From assembly GCF_009914755.1 (NCBI RefSeq), contig NC_060934.1: DNA of 64,000 nucleotides; one strand, written 5' to 3'. How positions within the stretch are numbered: position 1 is the first letter of the stretch; each line of letters opens with the position of its first letter. Below are positions 50,276 to 64,000 of this stretch, in pieces. The DNA is from the human T2T-CHM13v2.0 reference genome, Homo sapiens. The position numbers and the translations under genes are program-made. The notes under the pieces are model-generated. The model made no database searches. It was not told the DNA's origin and worked only from the letters and a program-made list of their open reading frames with translations.

Positions 50276-50665
50276 GTGTGTGCTACCTGGATCCTCCCTT
50301 CCAGACCAAGGCACTCTTTGACCTAGTTGCCAAGAGTGTTGCCTGCTGATGACTCAAAGGGAAGTCTTTTCCCAAGATTTTCCTTCTGCTGAAAAGAGCT
50401 GCCTCACCCAAACCTATGGGCCTTTGTCAGGGGCAGCCTACATTCCATGAGTGCTCCAGGTGAAGGTACAAGGGCCTAGATCCCTTGCTTTGATTCAGTA
50501 AGACTATAAAAGGCCATCTCAGCCCTGAACTCCCTGGAATTAGATAAAGCTTTAATGCAATTACATCACAGTTCAACTTTTTCCTCCACTCGTATTTCCC
50601 TGAAAGTATTGTTACTGAGAACACTCACCAATAAAGACTTTTGCATACAAATCCCTGCTTCCCAG
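50276..50665 (+). mobile_element. LTR16-like ERVL LTR; LTR33-like piece follows on the minus strand (about 50690-50980)
   Basis: gctgaaaagagctgcctcacccaa...ccaataaagacttttgcatacaaatccctg. Confidence 0.6.
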
Positions 50666-50901
50666 GATTACATGCCTAAAACAAGTGCAATAAATTTGTT
50701 AGAAAGTGCTCTGGAGAAGTATAAGGAGTTGAGTAAGGCAGGATTGGGCAAAGGAAAAGGTTGACCTCTGGGGCAGCTTCAAATTTAACGTTAGGGATTC
50801 CTATGGGGAACTTTGCAGCTATAGCTGGAATTGTCCCTCAGAATTTTGTTAAATTGTAGTAAACAGGCCATTGACAGTGATTGGCCATTGTTGTCACTTA
50901 G

Positions 50902-51303
<402 letters not shown>

Positions 51304-51696
51304 CAAACTGAGGAATGAGTTCACTGGCCTCAAAAGCAATTTTGGAAGAGTACCAGATATTCACTATAGTGTATTATTGTATACATTTTAATATTTCCAT
51401 ATTAGCTAACTCAATATTAAAATGTATATAGATTACAAATAATCATAAGCTAAACTCAGTGTGAGTCTTTCTGCCCTTAAGATCTATATGCATTATTATT
51501 CTAGCTAGCAGTCTATCACTCTTATTTATTCTTCAAAATACAAATCTCCATCTTTTGTATGGTTTTGTCCATCTTTGTATGGTTTCTTGTGTCTCAGTTT
51601 TATTCCATTCAGCTCTAATTTGGTTATTTCTTTTCTTCCTCTAGCTTTGGAGTTAGTTTGCTCTTGTTTTTCTAGTTCCTCTAAATGTGGTGTTAG

Positions 51697-51773
51697 GGGG
51701 GCATGTGGCCGGGCAGTACTGTGAGTGCACCGTCTTCTGCTCCCTGTCCCCCTGAAAAATAAAAATTAAAAAT
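51697..51773 (+). other. Short retroposed insert of unknown source RNA
   Basis: 58-nt GC-rich body plus A-rich tail between TSDs taaatgtggtgttag / taaatatgatgctag. Confidence 0.75.
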
Positions 51774-52411
51774 TAAATATGATGCTAGCTTGTTAACTTG
51801 AGATCTTTCTAACTTTTTGATGTGCATGTATAGTACTATAAACTTTCCTTTTAAGATGACTTTAACTGTGTCCCATGTATTCTGTATCTTTGTTTTCATT
51901 AGTTTCAAGGAATTTCTTGGTTTCTGCCTTAATTTCATTCATTGTTACACAGAAGTCATTCAGAAGCAGGTTGTTTAATTTCCACATAATTTTACGGTTT
52001 TGAGCAATCTACTTAGTATTGATTTTTATTTTTATTGTGCTATGGTCTCAGAGTGTAGTTGGTATGATTTGGCTTTCTTCAGTTTGCTGAGAATTGTTTT
52101 ATGGCCAATTGTGTAGTCAATTCTAGAGTATGTGCCATATGCAGAAGAGAAGAATGTGTATTTTGTTGTTTTGGGGTGAAGAGTTTTGTAGATGTCCGTT
52201 AGGTCTGTTTGGCCAAGTGTTGACTCCAGGTCCCAAATATCTTTATTAGTTTTCTGCCTTGATGATCTGTCTAATACTGGGCACTTTTGTCTAACACAGT
52301 GACATGTTGAAGTCTCTCACTATTATTGTGTGGTTATCTAAGTCTCTTCATAGGTCTCTAAGAACTTGTTTTATGAATCTGGGTGCTCCTGTGTTGGGTG
52401 CATATATATTT

Positions 52412-53658
52412 ATTTTCTTATATATATGTTTTATTTTAAAATCTTGTGAGTACATAGTAGGCATATATATTTATGGGGTACATGAGTTATTTTGGTACAG
52501 GCATGCAACGCATAATAATCACATCATGGAAAATTGGGTATCCAACCCCTCAAACATCTATCCTTTGTATTACAAATAATCCAGTTATACCTCTTAGTTA
52601 TTTTTAAATGTATGATTAAATTATTATTGACTATAGTCTCCCTGTTATACTATTAAGTATTAGGTCTTATTCATTCTTTCTATTTTTTGTACCCATTAGC
52701 CATCCCCACCTTTCTGTCACCCTGTTCCCCACCGTTCCCAGCCTCTATTAACCATCTTTCTACTCTCTATCTCCACGAATTCAATTGTTTTAATTTTTAG
52801 CTCACCACGAATAAGTGATAACATGTGCAGTTTGTCTTTCTGTGTCTGGTTTATTTCACTTAACACAATTACCTTCAGTTTCATCCATCCATGTTGTTGC
52901 AAATGACAGAATCTCATTTTTTATGGCTAAATAGTACTCCATTGTGTATACATACCACATTTTCTTTATCCATTCATCTGTTCATGGACACTTGGGTTGC
53001 TTCCAAATCTTGACTATTGTGAGTAGTGCCACAATAAACATGGGAGTGCACATATCATTTTGATGTACTGATTTCTTTTGCTTTGGGTGTATACTTAGGA
53101 GTGCAATGGCTGAATCATAAAGAACCTCTATTTTTAGATTTTTTGATGAACCTCCAAATTGTTCTACATAGTGTTTATACTAATTTACATTCTCCCCAAC
53201 AGTGTTCAAGAGTTCCCTTTTCTCCACATCCTTGCCAGCATTTACTATTTCCAGACTTTTGGATAAAAGCCATTTTAACTGTGATGAGGTGATTTCTCAA
53301 TGTAGTTTTCATTTGCATTTCTCTTATGATCAATGATAGTGAGCACTTTTTCATAGGCCTGTTTGTCATTTGTATATCTTCTTTTGAGAAATGTCTATTC
53401 AAATGTTTTCCTATTTTTAAATCAAATTATTAGATATTTTCCATTAATTTCCTCCTCTTGTCTAATTGCTCTAGCTAGACATTCAGTACTATATTAAATA
53501 ACAGTGGTGAAAGTGGACATCCTTTTTGTGTTCCAGATCTAAGATGAAACTAAGATGAAAAACTTTTAGTTTTTCCCCATTCAATACCATATTATCTGTG
53601 GGTCTGTCATACATTGCTTTTACTATGCTAAGGTATGTTCCTCCTATACCCAGTTTTA
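52412..53658 (-). mobile_element. L1MA1-3-like element nested in the L1PA16-like element
   Basis: L1MA 3'UTR start gtacatagtaggcatatatatttatggggtacatgag; host L1 resumes at gatagttaag. Confidence 0.75.
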
Positions 53659-54743
53659 GGGATAGTTAAGTATTCTTATTGAATTGAATCCTTTACCATA
53701 TGTAATATTGTTCTTGGTCTTTTTTGATTGTTGTTTGTTTAAAGTCTGTTTTGTTTGAAATTAGAATAGCAACTCCTGCTTTTCTGTTGTTGTTGTTTTC
53801 CATTTGCTTGGTGGATTTTTCTTCATCCTTTACTTTGAGCCTATAGGTGTAATTGCACATGAGATGGGTCTCTTGAAGACAGCATACATTTAGTTCTTGC
53901 TTCTTTATCCAGCTTGCCATTCTATGCCTTTTAATTGGAGCATTTAGCCTATGTACATTCAAGGTTAATATTGATATGTGTGGATTTGATCCTGTCATCA
54001 TGTTGTTAGCTGGTAATTATGCAGACTTTATTATGTATCTGCTTTACAGTGTCAATGGTCTATGTGGTTAAGTGTGTTTTTGTTGTGGCCATTAACAGTC
54101 TTTTGTTTTCATATTGAGCACTTCCTTAAGGATCTCTTATTGTTACACCATAAAGACACATGCATTTGTATGTTCATCACAGCACTATTCACAACAGCAA
54201 AGACAAGGAATCAACCTAATGCCCATCAATGGTACACTGGATTAAGAAAATGCAGTCATATACACCATGGAATACTATGTACCCATGGAAAAGCATGAGA
54301 TCATGTTTTTGCAGCAGCATGCATGGAGCTGGAGGCCATTATCCCAAATCAACAGAAAACCAAATAATACATGTTCTCACTTATAAGTGGAAGCTAAACA
54401 TTGAGTACACATGAACACAAAGAAAGGAACATTAGATACTGGGGCCTACTTGAGGGTAACAGGTGGGAGGAGAGAAAGGATCTAAAAACTATCAGGTACT
54501 GTGCTTATTACTTGAGTGACAACATAATCAGTACTCCAAACCCCTGTGACATGAAATTTACCTAGATGACAAACCTGAACATGTACCCCTGAAACTAAAA
54601 TAAATTAAAAAACAAAACTCCATAAGCATTAGCAAGTGTCCATTGCAATACTTTAGAAAAATCTAATAATTTATTGGGGAGGCAGGGTATCTTCTCTTAA
54701 CTATAGCTCTGACCTGACTTATGAGCAATTGCACCATATCAAA

Positions 54744-55135
54744 TGTGATGGTTAATTGTATGTGTCAACTTAGCTAGGCTATAGTACTGATATATTTGGC
54801 CAGACACCACCAGTCTAGATATTGCTGTGAAGATGTTTTTTAGTACAATAAACAGTTAAATCAGTGGACATGGAGTAATGCAGATTACCTTCCATAATGT
54901 GGTAGGCATCATCAAATCAGCTGAAGGCTGTAAAAGAAAAAAGACTGAGGTCCCCAGAGGAAGAGGAAATTCTGCCTCCAGACTCAAGCTGCAACATCAG
55001 CTCTTTCCTAGGTCTTTAGCCTGCTGACTTGCCCTGAAGATCTCAGACTTAGACTTGCTAACTTTTTGCATTGAATCACAACACATGAGCCAATTCATTA
55101 AGGTAAATATTAAAGTAAAGCTCTCTCTCTCTGTC
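54744..55135 (+). mobile_element. MLT2 (ERVL) LTR followed by (TC)n(TG)n
   Basis: tgtgatggttaattgtatgtgtcaactt...gagccaattc. Confidence 0.8.
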
Positions 55136-55338
55136 TTTGTCTCTGTCTCTGTGTTTGTGTGTGTGTGTGTGTGTGTGTTTGTGTGTGTGTGTATGAGCTT
55201 TTTTTGGTGTTTATGTTGCTTAAGGATCTCTGTGCTTCTTAAATCTGTGACTTAATGTGTTTCACCAGTTTCAAAAAATTCTCTCTTCACATATTTCTTT
55301 TAGCCATAAAATATCTGTTAAAGGGCTAAAAGAAATTA

Positions 55339-55624
<286 letters not shown>

Positions 55625-55699
55625 AAGAAATTAAATTTTAAACACACTCTCATCCCAAACACACACAGAAATACTAGTAACAAGCTGTAGAAATGATCC

Positions 55700-57420
<1,721 letters not shown>

Positions 57421-58126
57421 AAGTTAAAGCACGTAATAGCATTGTGCAAAAAACAACTTTCCTTATGAATTTAATCCTGTTCTATTAAATCATCACTTTC
57501 AAGTTCTACTCCTGAAGACAGGCTTGGTGTACCCTCTTAGGGCATTCAGCAATACTCTCTGGTGAAGTCAAACTGAAGACACACTGATAAAGCATCTTAG
57601 AAATTACATGGATTCCTTCCTGAACGCCATAACATCCGTTTTGCTTACACTTGTATTTTATACAGCATGTGTTAGCACTTATGATGTTGTCCGAGTATAT
57701 ATTTGGGTGTCCAAAATAGATTATTTGGTACCTTTGCAGGATTTCAACCTTTTGTCTACATGTCATGACCTAAAGTCAACAGTGAGGAACTATTACTTCC
57801 CTGCTTTTATAAATAAAATCTTATTGTAAATCCTCTTAAAAAAAAAACAACATGAGCATTTTTCAGTTTCCGCTGCCACTCACTACGAGTAGCTAAGAAA
57901 TCTGTTCTTCTTCCCTTCTGGATGTTTTTCTCTTATTAGCTTTTTCCTGTGGTTCCATCTTATTAGATGCCTAGACATGCATGCTTCTTTTCCTCTCCTG
58001 CATCCTTAATGCAGGATGTGCACGTGCATGGAGGAACACAGGAGCCATGTGCTGTAGGGAGGGCAGAATCTCTCCTACAGTGGAGATTCAAGCATCCAGG
58101 AGTTTCTTTTTGGCTCTTGCCAAAAA

Positions 58127-58422
58127 GTTTTTTTTTTTTTTGAGACAGAGTCTTGGTCTATCGCCCAGGATGGAGTCCAGTGGCATGATCTTGGCTCACA
58201 GCAACCTCCGCCTCCCAGGTTCAAGCAATTCTCCTGCCTCAGACTCCCAAGTAGCTGGGATTATGGGCATGTGCCACCACACCTAGCTAATTTTTGTATT
58301 TTTAGGAGAGAGAGGGTTTCACCATGTTGACCAGGCTGGTCTTGAACTCCTGACCTCAGGTGATCCGCCTGCCTCAGCCTAACAAAGTGCTAGGATTATA
58401 GGCGTGAGCCACAGTGCCCGTC
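58127..58422 (-). mobile_element. AluSx
   Basis: Dimer with cctcaggtgatcc. Confidence 0.9.
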
Positions 58423-58450
58423 ACCTATTTTCTTACTATTACAGAAATAA

Positions 58451-58752
<302 letters not shown>

Positions 58753-60234
58753 AGTTTCTGCTTTTATGGAAGGAACCACTCTTATTTAAAACTACAATTT
58801 TTGTATTTGTGTTAGGTTTTTGTCTGGTTTGTGTTGGACAAAAAGAGTGTCCCACGTGTGTGTTTTATGGTTTCACAGACTTTATTCATCTTCGTGGACA
58901 AAGGCAGGTAAAACACATGTTTTTCATTTTATTTTTTTTCTGTAAACTGTACTTTCAATAAATGACTGATTCTTAAATAGATGATAATACTTTTTCTAGT
59001 GCAGAAATAAAGTCCATGCAATTTTTATAAAACTTGGACCATACTTTTCAAAGTTCTCCTAGAGTTATGCATAGAAATGAGTATATGATCCAAAATGTAG
59101 ATGCTTTCTAGAGCAAAGTGAAGGGAAGAGGGAAAGAACGAGAGAGAGTTCTGGGAATAGCCATGCTTTCAGTCCCTTCCCAGGGAGGTAAATATATTTA
59201 AGACATATATTTTAAGAAATTGCTTATATAATCTGTTATTATAATTTGGTGTATTCCTTTGAGTTAATATTTTTATTTGAGAAATGCAGTGCATGCACAT
59301 TTTAGGTAAATGAAGAAAAGGCTTTTAATGAGGTCATACAGATTGTGATGTCCCTACTTAGACATGCAAATCAACATAAGGAGTTTCACTCACAGGCACA
59401 AGTTTCCCATCAGGGGAGCCAAGAGTATTTTGGAAACAATGCATGACACAGAAGAAGAGGAGCCAAAGCTGTCTTATATATAGGGAGTAGCCCTTTTGTT
59501 TTGGCCTCCATTTCTGTTAGTCCTTAAAATCCCTCCCAGGTTAAAAATGGCTTTTCCAAGTGAGTATGTCTCAACACAAACTTAGGATATTGAAGTCCCA
59601 CTTATAAACAGCAAACTCTTCAACATAGAAAGAAAACAAAAAGAGGTAACAACAGACTACTATCGTCAGTGAATTCCTGGGCATTTTGTTCCCAAAGCAA
59701 TCAAATCTGCATTTATATTTAAAGAGAGCTCATAAGAGTGCCCCATCTTGAATACCTGAATTGAGCTCCTGACCCTGTTCCCAGGATTTGATCTGTGAGA
59801 CCTGCATCTTTAGAACATGTATCAGGTATACTCTTGGTGTAATAAAATGTGCCCCGGGGTCCTTTTTCTGACCTTTCTCCCTCTTTCTTCTCACTTTTAC
59901 TTTCCCTTCAGTGCCTTAGCGAGGGCTACACAAAATTCAAAGTGTGTGCTTGGCCTGCTTGAGAATTTATAGACAAAGCTGAGCTATGGAAAAAGCGTCA
60001 GAAGCAGGACTTACAATTAAATAAGAAAACAAAGCCCTTGTTCTCTCCCTCCTCTTCCTTGCTGAAAACAAAAGACCAAGTCTACTGGAAAACATCAGTG
60101 CAATTCAAAAGCAGGTGTATTTCCACATGCAGAGCAGCTTGTGGGCTAGAAGCAGATGCCAGTGGTTACATAGTAGCAAGGGTTTTAGACTACACTCTCA
60201 GGGAAATGTTCCAAACCATCCAAGGTGACCTCTT

Positions 60235-60243
60235 GCGCGCGCG

Positions 60244-60292
<49 letters not shown>
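60235..60292. repeat. Compound (GC)9(AC)20 microsatellite
   Basis: Direct reading. Confidence 0.95.
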
Positions 60293-60294
<2 letters not shown>

Positions 60295-63243
60295 TAGAAG
60301 CTAACATTTGGCACTCTATCTTTTTCTTTGTTTGTTTACGGCCTAACATACCCCAAGGTGTTCCAGATACTCATGCTGCTACCAGGTAACCAGGCCACCA
60401 CACTGCCATCTGTTTTAGCTCCACCCTAACTTAACAGTGCTTTTGTGTTCCAGAATTTCCCCTACCTCCTTCCACTCCTGCATCTCCAGATTCATTTCTT
60501 TCTGTTCCTTTACTTTCTGATCAAACTTATAGAACTGAGGTTATGTTAGTTAATGTAGTTTACATAGCTGGAAAATAGAGAACCTGAGATTAAAATTCAG
60601 GCCTTCTTTCTCTTAACCCATCAGGCTTCTTTTTGATCATTTCAATATGATGCTTCACTATAGCCCAATTTTTTGTCACATTCTCTACTTGAATATAGAA
60701 ATGCACTCATTCATATATTTGATGTGTGCACTGTATCAGACCATAATTTACTTAGGCAATAAGAAAAGTATGATTTTGCTCTATAAATGTTCTACTTCAT
60801 CTTTTATGGGGTTAACCATTTTCTGTTTTAGCTGGAGAAAAATTGTCAAAATTTGTTTATCTACATCTCATATAATATGGTCTAGACAATTGTTACCTTT
60901 ACCAAAAACATCAACAACAGGAGCAGAGGACTTGGATTTGAAAAACTGACATAGGTGTTCAGAAAAGCTTGGAAGAAGAAAATTGAGAACAAAAAACTTT
61001 TCTTGAACTCAACTCTAGAATTCGTTCACCATTTTTCTTATATATCTTATAGTGTCTTGGGTACACCAGGTTATCATGGCCAGGCCAGCAGGAGAGTTTG
61101 TTGAATGAGCTCATGTATAAATAACTGCTCCGTAAGGCTGTGAACATTTATGAGGCTCATTATGTTTCAGTTCTTGTTTAACAGCAAGTCCCTCCCTACT
61201 TGGGCAGTGGAATCCCGCTGATTTACTACTTATCAGGAATAAATTACAGTTTAGAACTTGGATTTTTCTTCATGGTTTTCTTTGTGTCAGCATAAATAAA
61301 CTTAGCTAATAGGGCTATTTCCCATTGCCCATTAAACGGGCTGTGAGTAAAAGACTTCCTGGCTTCTGAGAGAAGGAAGATGAGAGGACTGAGTCATTTT
61401 ACCTGAAAGTGTTTACAATGTTAAGGGCTTTGGGAAATAGATGTCAAATACTGCAAGTTACAGCATTTCCTAACACTTATTTGAGTTTTTAAGTTTTGCT
61501 TTCCATCAGCTACATAATCTTATTATTGTAGAAGCCATTAGCACTGGAGACTAAGAAGTCATTCTTGGTGAATTCTGTAGGCAAAGATGACTACATCCTA
61601 ACACACTGCCAGGGTCATCATCATCTCTACGTACCCTTCTCTTAATGACATCTAGAGTGATGGCTTCACCCACTTTGATGAAAAGTTCAGAATTCTGTAA
61701 TTACTGAAAGAGAGAGTGGAATGTCATTTCTAGGTCTTCATCCAGAGTAATTTCTTGGCTCCAATGCCCACATTTCATTTGCAGAAACAGCTTTTTGGTA
61801 TTAGTTAACATTCAAGGAATAGTTTCAAGTTTTACAACTGCAAAAGGGTCATTATTTTTATCAGTGTGCTGGAGGTTATTTTGAGTCTGAATACGGAGGG
61901 CCCAATTCAATAAAATCTCAGCCTGACTTTCCCAGCAGGATGCTCAAACCATGGAAATTCAACAGGGGAGCACACATGGGCTTCTACGATACTGAACCAG
62001 GGCTGAATTTCCATTTAATCATTCTCAAGAAATCAAAAGACACTTTAGGATTAAATGGCAAACCTTTTAAGTAGGAATTCCTCAGCCAAAATGGCCAATT
62101 AGCATTTAAACTGCAGAACTGCATTATGTAAGAGGAAATGAGTAACTGAAAAAAGAAATTATCTTCCTTATTAGTTAAAAAGGTAAACCAGAAACATGGA
62201 GTTATCACAAAACAAGCATTCTCTTCTAGAACAGGAGAGATACACAGGACTTTTGTTTCAAAAAGAATTAAAAGGATCCATGTTATTGACCTGTTCTCAT
62301 GCTTTTAGCTTTAATTGGCAAAATTAGCTCAGGTGAATAATATTAGAAGACACCTCTAATTATATATTTTGTTGCATCACACAAGTGACTCAAAAGCTCC
62401 ATGTTTATGACTTTAAATTGATTTTTTTAAATAAATTACTTTATGTATTGGAAAGTAATGTTATATTTAGAAATAGCCTAGATTCAATTTTTTATATTCA
62501 TAAAATCTTGGCTTATTTAAAGCTCCTTCCCCATCTTCCAGTGTGCACCTCAGGGGCTTAGAGACTAAACAGAGTAAGAGTTGGCTTAGGAAAAAAACCA
62601 CATTTCTGCTATGACTGCTCATAAAGGAAAATTTAAAACCTTCCAGAAATGTAGTTGAAAATGGCTCTTAAGCAATTGTTTATTATCTTTCTTCATGTAT
62701 CATCAATTTTTAGACTCAGCTTTCACCAAGCTCAATAATTATGTAAATTTCAAATGTTGGTTCTCACCAATATTTAGTAATGTTATTGTTGTGCATGTTT
62801 GTATACATACTTTAAACAAATGAAAAGGCAAGCAAATTCAATGGTTATTATTGCTGCTGTTGCACTTTGCAATGTTTTTCTTCTTTGTCAGTTCCTCATT
62901 ATGGTATCCCAGAGGGTTTCATGACATGGACTTTTGTAATATGCCACATGTGGTGAAGACCAGCAGTTCAACACCAGAAGGAATCTGACCAGTGCTCACT
63001 GCAGCAGCTCCAGAAGGGATAGGGATTTGCTTAGGGAATAAAGAACATGGACTGCACTCTCCATAGGACATGGGTTTTTTGCATCAGTAGTCTGGATGAT
63101 TACCTAAAAGCATGACGGTAAATAACCGATGCTTTTTCTCACCCACCTCACTCATTGCAAAACCAGCCAAGATCTTTCATCTGTTGAGTGACTTGAGATT
63201 TTGCTGTAAGAGTAATCATTTTTGTTTACCAGGATGGTAATAC

Positions 63244-63676
63244 TGAAATTGACCCAATTGTCTCATAGAATGTTCTTTTTGATAAACGTAGAAATTGACC
63301 CTTCTGATCTTAAAAAGCTTGAAACATATTTGTTTTATCTGAGTTCCTTCCTCAGGAGACCACCTTCAGGCCTCACAAAAAGTACTGAAGAACTGAAACC
63401 AGATCATGGTATCGATGCTGGACCCCTCATTCACCATGACGGCTTCTTTACCTCTCCCAAGTTCCTGTTTTCTTACACATTGTTACATTTCTTGCCTGCA
63501 ATATAAACCCCTGATTTTATTCAGTCAGGGAGATGGATGTGGGACTGAGCTTCTGTCTCCTTGGCTGTGGCACCTGATTAAAGCCTTCTTCCTTGACAAT
63601 ACTTGGCGTCTCAGTCATTGGCTTTCTGTGCAGTAAGCAGCAGGACCTAGACCGAACCCCTGGTGTTTTAGTAGCA
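63244..63676 (+). mobile_element. Solo ERV LTR (LTR47-like)
   Basis: TG...CA termini, TATA-like atataaa and attaaa; start tgaaattgacccaattgtctcatag resembles the remembered consensus. Confidence 0.7.
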
Positions 63677-64000
63677 ATGCTACTAAAAAAGACAAGATTG
63701 TTTTTTGTTTGCTTTCTGTAAAAAACAACAAAAGCAGAGATATATAGATGTATACCCATTCAAACATTATTTTCTTTGAAAAGTTAATTCAGACTTCTCA
63801 TTGACTAATTGAATGATGACAATCATTTAAAATATGGCCTATCATATAATTGTTCATGGAAAAACATTATTAACAGGTTGGCCTATCTTTTTCAAGACTT
63901 TTATAAATACTTGTGTATGCATGTACTATATATATATATTTAATAAATCTTGAATTATTCTGTATATGCCATTTTGTAATTTGTACTTATCTATGCATTA

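Larger units (their letters stand above)
51552..54612. mobile_element. 5'-inverted L1PA15/16-like element: minus segment 51552-54135, plus-strand 3' end 54140-54612
   Basis: ORF2 N-terminus on minus strand (ORF 53693-54001); sense 3'UTR with A tail; TSD acaaa(t/a)ctccat. Confidence 0.8.

Noticed and set aside
52412-53658. Apparent age paradox of L1MA inside L1PA
   Set aside because: Young L1MA and the oldest L1PA lineages overlapped in time
57725-57850. Possible terminal exon (acceptor, AATAAA, A run)
   Set aside because: Weak polypyrimidine tract; such motifs are frequent in AT-rich DNA

Overview
Repeat-dense primate non-coding DNA, probably human intronic or intergenic sequence; the human call rests on a pristine AluYd8 at 33414. 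I recognise no protein-coding exon, RNA gene or CpG-island promoter. The supplied ORFs I can assign are Alu, L1 or LTR read-through, and the rest look like chance ORFs. Content: about 29 Alu elements or fragments, a dead near-full-length L1PA3-like element, several older L1s, MaLR/ERVL/ERV1 LTRs, two Tigger-type DNA transposons, MIR/L2 relics and microsatellites. I find no evidence of a new multi-gene system. The most unusual items are structural: a TSD-flanked 58-nt GC-rich hairpin retrocopy of an unidentified RNA (51697), an L1/Alu fusion that creates an ORF0-Alu chimeric micro-ORF (37589-37678), a 138-bp dispersed templated duplication, two trimeric Alus, a possibly split Alu, and a 60-bp Z-DNA tract. 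Subfamily calls come from remembered consensus sequences, and boundaries of old elements are approximate.
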